A stretch of DNA of 43,118 bases from Candidatus Eiseniibacteriota bacterium (lineage in GTDB: Bacteria; Eisenbacteria; RBG-16-71-46): positions 1-43,118 of the forward strand of contig JANLOX010000007.1 of NCBI GenBank assembly GCA_031366795.1, read 5' to 3'. The position numbers were made by a program, and so were the translations under genes. Below the pieces are notes generated by a model. It ran no database searches. It was not told the DNA's origin and saw nothing but the letters and a program-made list of their open reading frames with translations. Each line of letters begins with the position of its first letter. Position 1 is the first letter of the stretch. Positions 17,562 to 26,601 of this stretch are shown here, one piece after another.

Positions 17562-20249
17562 CTACGGCGACGTCGGAGCGCGCGATGTCGTGGCGGGCAG
17601 CGTCACCGGTGCCGGATGCGGCTCGGCGGTGGGCAAGGGTGCTGCGTCGGCAGGCGCCTTCGCCGAGGGTGTGATCCGAACCGTTGCCGCCGTGGACCTG
17701 CTGGTCGATGCCGCGTGCTTGATCACCGGCGGCTTGCGCGCCGGGAGCGAAGTAGCGTGCACGCCATTGCCGTAGACCTCCGTGAAATATTCCTCGCCGC
17801 TCGAGATCAGCGCCGATACGTAGAACGGCGCGTCGCCCCGCGAATCCGGCGACGATGCCGGGAAGGTCACGACCGCCAGGGGATCCGCGTCGCCATTCAC
17901 GATGTTCATCGGGTAGCGGCGCCACGAACCACTCTCCGAGCGAACATGCAGCCACGCCTCGCGCACATCACCCGCGGACAAGTCCTGCAGGGCGACCCGA
18001 ACCGTCGCATCGCGCGAATCGGCGGAGAGCGGCGACTTCAACACGAGCCTGGGAAACACTCCGCCCGTCCCGAAGGTGAATGAGGCATAGCGTTCGTTGC
18101 CCCCCGGCAGGTCGATGACCTGCACCGGAACCTCTTCACCCTGGTACTCGGCGCGCATGCTGTGCGGACCGCGCGGCAGCTCGAGCGTGAGCGGCGTGAC
18201 GCCGCGACGTTCGCAGTCGATGATCACCGTGGCGCCACGCAGGTCACTGCTGCCGTCATCGTCGATCCACGTTGCGTCCACATGGATCACTCCCGCGGCG
18301 GGCAGGTTGAACGGCCGCGCGACCACGCGCACATCGCCGCGCAAGGGCACCGTCACCGTCTGCGACCACGGCGATTGGCCGGGCGAGGTGTAGCTGAGTT
18401 CATGAACCCCCGGCGCGAGCTTCCGCAATGCGACGGGAGCCAGTCCGAAGGCTTCGCCGTCGATGGTGACCGAGACGGGGGTCGATGCGTTCGGGGGTGC
18501 TATGGCCAGCGTACCGGTCAGCGGGACCTCGACGTCCACACTGGCACCCGGCGTACCAATGACCGTCGTCGTCACGGTGCCGAGGCCGGGCAGCGTGAGC
18601 CCGACGCGCCGGCTCCCGGCTGCAAGTTCGATTTCGGCGGGCGTGCGAAAGCTCGACAGCTTGCCGTCGATCACGATGCGCGCGCCGGGCGGGTTCGAAG
18701 CGATGACCGCGGTGAAAGGCGAACTCCCGATCCCCACGGCCCGCAACATGCGGATGCCGAGCGGCGCGCGATGGCTCTGGATCACCGGCTTGTTTCCGCC
18801 ACGCGTGCCGACCCACCAGCCGATCGCGAACAGCACCGCGATGAATGCGGCCCAGCGGGCCCGCTGCTTCCAGTCGGCCGGGCCGCGGCTCGTGCCCACG
18901 AATGCCGGCCATTGGGGCCGGCGCGCGGAGCGCCCAGGCGGCGCAAACGAAGCGGGATTGTCGTTGACCTCGGACACCGCGCTCGACACGTCCCGCTCAG
19001 CCCCGAGCGGACCTGCGATCGTCGCACCGACGGGCTCGGGCGTGAACACTTCCGCGACTTCCTCCGGCGCGATCCGGTCGACGCCGGCGAGGCCCGAGAT
19101 CGGTGACGCAACCTCAACATCCGGTGTATGCGATGGCGCGACGGGCTGCACGGACGCTACCGGTGCTGCGGACACCTCCACAACAGGCGGAGCGGAGTCC
19201 CCTGCCGAGTCTTCGATCTGGGTCCGCAACTCTTCGAGCAAATCTGGGAAGGCGATCGCAGGCCGGGTTCGCGCCGCAGGATCCGTGACGGCCTCCGGGG
19301 CTGCTTCCGCGATGGGCTCCTGGGCCATGTCCGCGACGGCTTCCAGCTCGCCGATGGTCTCCTGCTCGCGACGCTGTGGTAGCGGAGGAATGGCGCGCGG
19401 CGGCTCGGCGATTTCCTCGGGCGCTTCATAGCGCGGGGCGTCCGTGCCGGCGAGCGCGGCGCTCGATTGATCCATACCTCGCGTCAGGTCGTCGAACCAG
19501 CCCGCGAAGAAGTCACCACGCTCCTCGCCGTTCCCGCTCGCGGCGGCGGCACTCACCGCGCCGCCATCCTTGGACTCGCGAGTCTGGCCATCAGCGGTCA
19601 GTTCGCGCACGAGCACTTCGAATCCCTGCGGCGCCTGCCAGCGCGCCTCGACCACCACACCCTCGGGCTTGGGAGTGCCGACCAGGTACGGCCACTGCAG
19701 TTTCATGTTCAGGTCTTCGCGCGCGAATACGGCGAAGCCGCGGGCCACCGGAACGCCACCTCCCGCATCCACACCCTCGCGTAGCTCGACCCATGGAGCG
19801 TCGTAGTGTTCATCGTGAGACCAGACGTCCGGCTCGCCGCCTCCGATGTAGGCGCAGGCGACCTCGCGCGACGATTGGTACAGCGCCAGGGCGCCGGCCC
19901 GCCGGTGGGTGACGCGTTCGACGTCCGCCACCAGTTGGAGCAGCACATCCACCGCCCGCTGGAGCGGTGCGGGGACGGCTCCTGTGCTCGAATATTCGGT
20001 GTCCGGCCCACCGTCGGCGGCCAGCAATTCACCCAGTCTGGCCTCGATCTGCCGGGCAGATTCATCGGTAGGCCGGGCAAATAGCAGCAGCCGGAGCCCG
20101 TCCGAGCGGATTTCCGTGGTCAGAACTTCGCCGATCGAGCGGGTCGAAACCGACCACTGGGAGGTCCCGGAAGCGACTGCAGGACCCCCCAGTGCGGAGA
20201 TACTCCCCCCCCGGTTCCCAGCCTTGAGTTGATTCGAATCTCTCGACAC
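17562..20249 (-). CDS. Single-pass membrane protein with three PEGA-like domains
   Basis: TM segment AAFIAVLFAIGWWVG followed by SNPPGARIVIDG..TP, VTIDGEAFGLAPV and ATVIIDCERRGVTPL repeats; GAGG SD before GTG 20249. Confidence 0.75.
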   Translation of the reverse strand: MSRDSNQLKAGNRGGSISALGGPAVASGTSQWSVSTRSIGEVLTTEIRSDGLRLLLFARPTDESARQIEARLGELLAADGGPDTEYSSTGAVPAPLQRAVDVLLQLVADVERVTHRRAGALALYQSSREVACAYIGGGEPDVWSHDEHYDAPWVELREGVDAGGGVPVARGFAVFAREDLNMKLQWPYLVGTPKPEGVVVEARWQAPQGFEVLVRELTADGQTRESKDGGAVSAAAASGNGEERGDFFAGWFDDLTRGMDQSSAALAGTDAPRYEAPEEIAEPPRAIPPLPQRREQETIGELEAVADMAQEPIAEAAPEAVTDPAARTRPAIAFPDLLEELRTQIEDSAGDSAPPVVEVSAAPVASVQPVAPSHTPDVEVASPISGLAGVDRIAPEEVAEVFTPEPVGATIAGPLGAERDVSSAVSEVNDNPASFAPPGRSARRPQWPAFVGTSRGPADWKQRARWAAFIAVLFAIGWWVGTRGGNKPVIQSHRAPLGIRMLRAVGIGSSPFTAVIASNPPGARIVIDGKLSSFRTPAEIELAAGSRRVGLTLPGLGTVTTTVIGTPGASVDVEVPLTGTLAIAPPNASTPVSVTIDGEAFGLAPVALRKLAPGVHELSYTSPGQSPWSQTVTVPLRGDVRVVARPFNLPAAGVIHVDATWIDDDGSSDLRGATVIIDCERRGVTPLTLELPRGPHSMRAEYQGEEVPVQVIDLPGGNERYASFTFGTGGVFPRLVLKSPLSADSRDATVRVALQDLSAGDVREAWLHVRSESGSWRRYPMNIVNGDADPLAVVTFPASSPDSRGDAPFYVSALISSGEEYFTEVYGNGVHATSLPARKPPVIKHAASTSRSTAATVRITPSAKAPADAAPLPTAEPHPAPVTLPATTSRAPTSP

Positions 20250-20291
20250 GGCATGGTCCTCGGGTGATTTAGAGTGCGTCCAGTCCCTACG

Positions 20292-20306
20292 TGGCACAGG
20301 ACTTGC
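20292..20306 (+). promoter_or_regulatory. Sigma-54 (-24/-12) promoter consensus upstream of mltD
   Basis: TGGCAC-AGGAC-TTGC, exact GG-N10-GC spacing, in the divergent intergenic region. Confidence 0.55.
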
Positions 20307-20465
20307 CGCCTCCTACGGCGCTCGTTGCCGCGACAGGGATTTGACGTCCACTTGTCGGGGCGGGCGGGCAATCGCGGCGATGCCTCATGCATCCTGCATG
20401 CCGGAAATGAAATGCTTCGGACGGTCCGGGGCCTCATGATGCATCTGGGAGGGAAATCCCCCACC

Positions 20466-22424
20466 GTGAATCGACACCCGCTATTCATCGCACTGGCCCT
20501 GAGCCTGGGACTGGCCAGCCCGTTCGCGGCAACCGCCGCGGCGAAGCACATGGACTCTCCGGTGGCGGCGCTCGACAGTGTCCCGGGTTCCCCGTCGCTA
20601 CTGCTCAGCGCGCGGCTTGCCTACCAGAACGCGTGGGCCCAGCGGCAGGCCGGCTCCTACGACGAAGCCGCCAAGATCGCCACTGCGGCGCTCGAGCAGG
20701 TGTCCCTTGGCCTCGCGGCAGCACCCGACCAGAGCACGCGCGGTGACCTCACCGAACTGCAGTCACGCTTGTCCGGCCTGCGCGAGGCGGCGATGCATGA
20801 CCGTGCCGCGGCACTCGCGGCGGCCCGGTCCGGCAACGAAGCCGATGCCAAGGTGCTCAACGCCCCTGCCGCCGACGAGATCGAGCCGCAGGTCAACGAG
20901 CAGGTGCTGCGTTACATCGAATTCTTCACCGGCAATGGCCGCTCGACCTTCGAGCGCTGGCTCAAGCGTTCGGGCCGCTACATGGAACTGTTCCGCTCGG
21001 CGCTGCAGCGGGAAGGCCTGCCGCCGGATCTCGTGCATCTGGTGTTCGTCGAGAGCGGTTTCAACCTGAACGCGCGTTCCGTCTCGGCCGCCGTCGGTCC
21101 GTGGCAGTTCCTGCGCTCGACTGGCCAGCTGTTCGGCCTCACGGTCAACCAGTGGGTGGACGAGCGGCGCGATCCCGAGAAGTCGACGGTGGCCGCAGCG
21201 CGTTACCTCAAGCACCTCTACTCGATCTTCGGTGATTGGCCGTTGGCACTCGCGTCCTACAACGCCGGTGAGGGCACCGTGCTACGCGCCATCAAGAAGC
21301 AGGGCACCACGAACTACTGGGACCTGCGCCTGCCGCGGCAGACCGAGGACTACGTGCCGCAGTTCATGGCGATCCTCGCCATCTCGCGCGATCCCGAGAA
21401 GTACGGCTTCGACGACGTGGCGCTCGACGAGCCCATGGAGTTCGATGAAGTCGCACTCAAGGGGGCAGTCGACCTGCGCGCGGTCGCGCGGATGGCGGGC
21501 TGCAGCTTGGACGAACTCAAGCTGCTGAACTCGGCGGTGATCAACCACGTCGCCAACGGCAGCAATGGCGTCACGATGATCCGTGTCCCGCGCGGCAAGG
21601 GCGAAGCGTTGCTGCAGAAGCTGCAGAGCGGCGCCAAGCTGCCGGCGGTCGACGTCAGCATCCGTCACCGCGTGCGGCGCGGCGAGACGATCAACTCGAT
21701 CGCCTCCGAATACCACGTCAGCGCGCCGCAGTTGGCGCTCGCCAATGGCATCGGCCGCAAGCGGCCGCTGCGCCGCGGCACCATGCTGAGCGTGCCGGCG
21801 AGCATCGGGGCGCCGGCCATCGCGCAACTCGAGGACGGCGATCCGCGCGCTTCGACCTCATACGTTCCTGCCCGCAACATCGCTCCGCCGGCCCAGATCA
21901 AGGGCAAGTCCGACGCCGAAGGCCGCGCGCTCCACACCGTGCACCGCGGCGAGACGCTGGCGGGGATCGCGGACCAGTACGGCGTGACCACCGCCGAGCT
22001 GAGGAGCTGGAACCGCCTGCCGAGCGACCACGTCAAACGTGGCACCCGGCTCAAGGTACGCATCGGGGATGCGGCTGCGACTGCCGCGCCGTCCACGACC
22101 ATCCCGAAGCCCGCCGCACCCGGCACCGGCGCGCCTATCGCATCCAACGCGAGCGCGCACAGCGCCATCTCCCCCGTCGACAACGACACTGCGGACTCGA
22201 GCCCCGTCGTCGCATCGGCCACGCACTCGCGGAGCTCACACAAGCATTCGAGCAAGCATGCCGCGACAAAGCCCGCAACGCGCGTGATCACCGTGAAGGC
22301 GGGCGTCACGCTGAGCGGACTGGCGGACCGCCACAACGTGAGCGTCAAGGCGCTGATGAAGCTGAACGGATTGCGCAACTCGCAGATCCGCTCGGGCCAG
22401 AAGCTGCGGGTTCCGACCAGCTAG
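20466..22424 (+). CDS. mltD: MltD-like lytic transglycosylase with LysM repeats
   Basis: Signal peptide, VESGFN..AVGPWQF, LASYNAGEG, TEDYVP, then LysM repeats (HRVRRGETI, HTVHRGETL, TVKAGVTL); GGAGG SD. Confidence 0.9.
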   Translation: MNRHPLFIALALSLGLASPFAATAAAKHMDSPVAALDSVPGSPSLLLSARLAYQNAWAQRQAGSYDEAAKIATAALEQVSLGLAAAPDQSTRGDLTELQSRLSGLREAAMHDRAAALAAARSGNEADAKVLNAPAADEIEPQVNEQVLRYIEFFTGNGRSTFERWLKRSGRYMELFRSALQREGLPPDLVHLVFVESGFNLNARSVSAAVGPWQFLRSTGQLFGLTVNQWVDERRDPEKSTVAAARYLKHLYSIFGDWPLALASYNAGEGTVLRAIKKQGTTNYWDLRLPRQTEDYVPQFMAILAISRDPEKYGFDDVALDEPMEFDEVALKGAVDLRAVARMAGCSLDELKLLNSAVINHVANGSNGVTMIRVPRGKGEALLQKLQSGAKLPAVDVSIRHRVRRGETINSIASEYHVSAPQLALANGIGRKRPLRRGTMLSVPASIGAPAIAQLEDGDPRASTSYVPARNIAPPAQIKGKSDAEGRALHTVHRGETLAGIADQYGVTTAELRSWNRLPSDHVKRGTRLKVRIGDAAATAAPSTTIPKPAAPGTGAPIASNASAHSAISPVDNDTADSSPVVASATHSRSSHKHSSKHAATKPATRVITVKAGVTLSGLADRHNVSVKALMKLNGLRNSQIRSGQKLRVPTS

Positions 22425-22469
22425 CGGGAACGCGTCACCGCCGTGCTGAGCCTCCGCGCGCGCGGCAGT

Positions 22470-23201
22470 TCAGCACAGCGGTTTCCCTGGAGCGTTCGAG
22501 GCGGCGAGTTCGCCCGCTTCCCGCAACCGGTCGCGGGACGGGATCACGAACCGCTTCTCTCCCGTCACGAGCACGCCTTCGCGTCCCCAGCGCGACAGCA
22601 CGCGGATCGCGGATTCGACCGTCGTGCCCACCATCTCAGCGACTTCCTGGCGCGACAGGTGAATGGGCACCTCGATACCCTCAGCGGTCTGCCTGCCCAT
22701 GCGCTCTGCCAGCAGCAGGAACAACTGCGCGATGCGGGTCTCGACCCGCTGGCCGCGCATCTCCTCGACCTTGCGCGTCAGCGCCAGCGTGAGCTTGGTG
22801 AGTTCCCGAATGATGCCGCGCGCGAACTCCGGGTGGCGGTCGAGCAGCTCGAAATATTCCCGTCGCGGGAGCAGCAGCAACGATGTCGGTTCCATCGCGA
22901 TCGCGGTCGCGGGATAGGGCATATAGTTGTAGACCGCGATGGCGCCGACCGGCTCGCCCGCTTCGAAGATCTCGAGGATCACGTCCCCCAAGTCCGCGTG
23001 GCGGACGATCTTGACGCGCCCGCTCACCACCACGGTTAGCGCTTCCGCCGGGTCACCCGAGTTCCACAGCACGTCACCACGCCGGTACTCGCGCACGTCC
23101 GCCAAAGAAGCGACTCGGCGTTGGTCTTCGGGAGTGAGGCCGCGAAACACGGGCAGCGAACGGACCACACTGAGAATGCGCTCGGAGCGGATTTCGGACA
23201 C
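22470..23201 (-). CDS. Crp/Fnr family transcriptional regulator (DNR/NnrR/HcpR-like, no FNR Cys cluster)
   Basis: cNMP-binding-like domain and HTH LSRQEVAEMVGTTVESAIRVLS; divergent from the nos cluster. Confidence 0.92.
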   Translation of the reverse strand: MSEIRSERILSVVRSLPVFRGLTPEDQRRVASLADVREYRRGDVLWNSGDPAEALTVVVSGRVKIVRHADLGDVILEIFEAGEPVGAIAVYNYMPYPATAIAMEPTSLLLLPRREYFELLDRHPEFARGIIRELTKLTLALTRKVEEMRGQRVETRIAQLFLLLAERMGRQTAEGIEVPIHLSRQEVAEMVGTTVESAIRVLSRWGREGVLVTGEKRFVIPSRDRLREAGELAASNAPGKPLC

Positions 23202-23327
23202 GGAACCTCGCGGGCAGTGGGACGCGGGGCCGCCAAACCCCGCGCGAACGAACGGCGTCCGCGTAGCATAAGCGGGGCGTCCAGCCCTCCCCAAACCACG
23301 GCTTTCGCGGGCCCGCAGCCGGGGCCA

Positions 23328-23343
23328 TATGACGCGCGTCATA
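23328..23343. promoter_or_regulatory. Perfect 16-bp palindrome, Crp/Fnr-type box (ATGAC-N4-GTCAT)
   Basis: TATGACGCGCGTCATA between the regulator and the nos operon. Confidence 0.55.
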
Positions 23344-23424
23344 CCCGGATCCAGCGCTGCCTCCCAACGCGCCGCGCCTCAGTGAGTTACACGCTCGGAT
23401 CGTGCCACCCAATCGAACGATCCC

Positions 23425-23438
23425 CTGATCGCCATCAT
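23425..23438. promoter_or_regulatory. FNR/DNR-like box CTGAT-N4-ATCAT
   Basis: 2 mismatches to TTGAT-N4-ATCAA; centred about 42 bp upstream of the first ATG of the nos operon. Confidence 0.55.
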
Positions 23439-23473
23439 GCCGCAGTGATCACATCCAGGCCGAAACTCCCACC

Positions 23474-24073
23474 ATGATGTCATCGCGCACACCCGCATCA
23501 TCGGCTCATCGCCCGCCCCCACGCCACGTCAGTCCGTTCGCGGGATTTCGCGCTGACCACGCGCGCGTGCTGTCGCACCTGGATCTCATCGAAACCGAAT
23601 TGTCGGGTGCGCGCGGCTTCGGCGCACAGGCGACTGCCGCGCTCGGCCGCATCGTCGGGATGTTGGCGCGGCAGTTCGCCACGCACATGACCGCCGAGGA
23701 CGCACTGCTCTACCCGTGGCTGGGTGAAACACTTCCCGAGTCCCGCGTCACCCTCGATGCACTCGGCGCGGATCATTCCGAACTGCGCAGCTTGCTGTCT
23801 GGCATCGCAGAGGGGCTGGCGAAGCGCGCCGGCCGCAAGCGTGACGAGCAGTTGCGCGTGCAACTGCGCGACTTCGTGGACTTGCTGCGGCTGCACATCC
23901 GCCGCGAGGAGAGCGTCGTGTTCGAAGTCGCTGACCGCATCATGCGCCCCGCCGAAGCACTCGAGTTGGCGCGGCGGCTCAAGCATTTCGTGTCCGTCTT
24001 GTCCCCTTCACCGACCGCAACTCGCCGTGCCCGCAAACCTGCGGCGCCTGGACCCCGGGAAAGGAAGTCATGA
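23474..24073 (+). CDS. Hemerythrin/HHE domain protein
   Basis: DH...HMTAED...DH...HIRREE di-iron ligand pattern. Confidence 0.85.
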   Translation: MMSSRTPASSAHRPPPRHVSPFAGFRADHARVLSHLDLIETELSGARGFGAQATAALGRIVGMLARQFATHMTAEDALLYPWLGETLPESRVTLDALGADHSELRSLLSGIAEGLAKRAGRKRDEQLRVQLRDFVDLLRLHIRREESVVFEVADRIMRPAEALELARRLKHFVSVLSPSPTATRRARKPAAPGPRERKS

Positions 24074-24555
24074 ACCTTCGCAATGTCTCGCTTGCGCTCG
24101 CCGCAGGCTATGTCGCATTCGTGCTGGCCGGCTGCTCCGGCAAGCCGTCGAGCGATGCCGCCTCGTCCAGCACCACGATGCCCTCTACCTCGGGCCTCAC
24201 CGTCGCCGCGGTGTCGCTCTACGACAGTGGACCGCGCGCGTTCGAGACGCCCGTCAACCAGGCACTCGTCGAGCAGGGCGAAGGCCTTTTCAAGACGAAG
24301 GGTTGCTCGGCCTGCCACGCGTTCGGCCAGAAGCTCACCGGCCCCGATCTCGCCGGGGTCACCCACCGGCGCACGACGCCGTGGATCGAGCACCAGATCC
24401 TCCACCCGGAAATCATGACCAAGACCGATCCGATCTCGCACGGCCTGTTCGCCACGTTCGCGCTGCAGATGCCCAACCAGGGGCTCACCCCCGAAGAAGC
24501 GAAGGCCGTCATCGAGCACTTCAAGCACAAAGACCAGGAGTTGAACCAGAAGTAG
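24070..24555 (+). CDS. Monoheme c-type cytochrome, lipoprotein (NosC-like)
   Basis: LAGC lipobox, CSACH heme motif, GPDL, MPNQGL axial Met; directly upstream of nosZ. Confidence 0.92.
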   Translation: MNLRNVSLALAAGYVAFVLAGCSGKPSSDAASSSTTMPSTSGLTVAAVSLYDSGPRAFETPVNQALVEQGEGLFKTKGCSACHAFGQKLTGPDLAGVTHRRTTPWIEHQILHPEIMTKTDPISHGLFATFALQMPNQGLTPEEAKAVIEHFKHKDQELNQK

Positions 24556-24586
24556 TTCCGTGTCACGCGCTCCAAGGAGGCTTGTC

Positions 24587-26509
24587 ATGAAATGGAAACG
24601 GTTCAGCACGGGCGTCGGTTTGGCGACCGCCGCCCTCGCAGCAATTGCGGTGTCTCATTTGAGCGGATGCGCCGCCAAAGGGGGATCGCCCGGCGTCAAC
24701 GCTTCGGCCGCCGAAAAGGTCTATGTGAAACCCGGAGAGCATGACGCGTACTACGCGTTCTTCTCGGGCGGGCACTCGGGCCAGGTGTTCGTCTACGGCA
24801 TCCCGTCGTGCCGCCACATCACGACGATTCCTGTGTTCACGCCCGAGCCGGCCAAGGGCTATGGCTATGACGAAGAGTCCAAGGCCATGCTCAAAGGCTT
24901 CACCTGGGGCGACGCGCATCATCCCGGCCTGTCGGAGACTGACGGTGACTACGATGGCCGCTGGCTGTTCATCAACGACATGCCGAACGCGCGCATCGCC
25001 CGCATCGATCTCGCCGACTTCACGACGCGCGAGATTTACGGGCCGATCCCCAACGTGTCGGCCGCGCACGCCTGCCCGTTCCCCACGCCCAACACCGAAT
25101 ACGTGTTCGCGGCCTCGCGCTTCTCGGCACCGGTACCGCTCAGCACCGTCGCCAAAGTCGAGGACTACATGACCAAGTTCCGCGGCATCGTCGCGGGCAT
25201 CAAGGTCAGCGACAAAGGACACATGTCGATGGGGTTCGAGATCCTGATGCCGCCGTTCGACTGGGATCTCGCCGACGCCGGCAAGGGGCCGAGCCACGGC
25301 TGGGAATTCTTCACCTGCTACAACAGTGAGATGGCGCATGACTCGCTCGAGATGAAGGCCTCGCAGAACGAGATGGACTACATGGCCGCGGTCGATTGGC
25401 GCGCCGCGCAGAAGGCGGTCGACGAGGGCAAGGCCAAGATGATCGGCGGCGCGCCGGTGCTCGATCCCGCCGTCGTGAAGGACATCGTCTACCTCGTTCC
25501 CGTGCCAAAGAGCCCGCACGGCGTGGACGTCAACCCGAGCGGCGAATACGTGTGCTGCTCCGGCAAGCTGCAGGCCGAGGTCACCGTGCTGAGCTTCGCC
25601 AAGCTCAAGGCGGCCATCGATGCGAAGAAGTTCGACGGCGAGCAGATGGGCATTCCGGTACTCAAGTACGAAGACTGCCTCGAGGCCAAGGTGCCCGTTG
25701 GGCTGGGGCCCCTGCACACACAGTTCGACGACAAGGGGTACGCCTACACCTCGCTGTTCCTCGATTCCCAGATCGCCAAGTGGAAGGTCGGCCCACCGTG
25801 GAACGTCGTGGACAAGATCGATTGCTACTACTCGATCGGTCACCTCATGGTGTCCGAAGGGGACACGCGCCACCCCACGGGAGAGTACATGGTGGCGATG
25901 GACAAGATCGCCAAGGACCGTTACTTGCCCGTCGGCCCATCACATCCTGAGGCGTCGCAGTTGTATGACCTGCGTGGCCCGAAGATGGAATTGCTGGCGG
26001 ACTTCCCGACCTACCCCGAGCCGCACTATGCCCAGATGATCCGGGCCGAGAAACTGCATCCGCTCAAGATCTACCCGCTCGAGCAGAGCACGAACCCGTA
26101 CGTGATCAAGCAGGCGGATGAGGCGCGAGTCGAGCGCCACGGCAGGCGAGTCGACGCCTACACGCTGGCTGTGCGCACCCATTTCACCCCGGACGTGTTC
26201 CGCGTCCAGCAGGGCGACACGGTGTACTTCCACGTCACCAACGTCGAGCAGGACGAGGACATTACTCACGGCTTCGGCATCCTGTGGTCGAGCAAGGATA
26301 TGCAGGTCGATCCGGGCGAGACCAAGACGATGCGCTGGGTCGCCGAGAAAGCCGGCATCAATCCGTTCTACTGCTCGAACTTCTGCAGCGCGCTTCACCA
26401 GGAGATGCAGGGCTACATCCAGGTGATGCCTGCCGGCACGCCGGTCGCCGCCGTCCAGCGGCCGGATCCTAAGCAGGTCGCGGAAATTGCCGCACTGATG
26501 AAACGCTGA
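24587..26509 (+). CDS. nosZ: Nitrous oxide reductase, clade II (Sec-dependent)
   Basis: SGGHSGQ; seven CuZ His (DAHH, AAH, SPHG, PLH, GHL, EPH); CuA site HGF...CSNFCSALHQEM; no RR Tat motif, LSGC lipobox; GGAGG SD. Confidence 0.98.
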   Translation: MKWKRFSTGVGLATAALAAIAVSHLSGCAAKGGSPGVNASAAEKVYVKPGEHDAYYAFFSGGHSGQVFVYGIPSCRHITTIPVFTPEPAKGYGYDEESKAMLKGFTWGDAHHPGLSETDGDYDGRWLFINDMPNARIARIDLADFTTREIYGPIPNVSAAHACPFPTPNTEYVFAASRFSAPVPLSTVAKVEDYMTKFRGIVAGIKVSDKGHMSMGFEILMPPFDWDLADAGKGPSHGWEFFTCYNSEMAHDSLEMKASQNEMDYMAAVDWRAAQKAVDEGKAKMIGGAPVLDPAVVKDIVYLVPVPKSPHGVDVNPSGEYVCCSGKLQAEVTVLSFAKLKAAIDAKKFDGEQMGIPVLKYEDCLEAKVPVGLGPLHTQFDDKGYAYTSLFLDSQIAKWKVGPPWNVVDKIDCYYSIGHLMVSEGDTRHPTGEYMVAMDKIAKDRYLPVGPSHPEASQLYDLRGPKMELLADFPTYPEPHYAQMIRAEKLHPLKIYPLEQSTNPYVIKQADEARVERHGRRVDAYTLAVRTHFTPDVFRVQQGDTVYFHVTNVEQDEDITHGFGILWSSKDMQVDPGETKTMRWVAEKAGINPFYCSNFCSALHQEMQGYIQVMPAGTPVAAVQRPDPKQVAEIAALMKR

Positions 26510-26516
26510 CGGCGAG

Positions 26517-26543
26517 GCGGGCCGGGGATCGCCCCCGGCCCGC
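26517..26543 (+). terminator. GC-rich stem-loop after nosZ (attenuator or mRNA stabiliser, no U-tract)
   Basis: gcgggccgggg-atcgc-ccccggcccgc 11-bp stem. Confidence 0.45.
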
Positions 26544-26601
26544 GCAGTCGCCGCCTCACGGCCGCACAGGCCGCACGCCGGAACGCAACACCGGAGACGC
26601 C

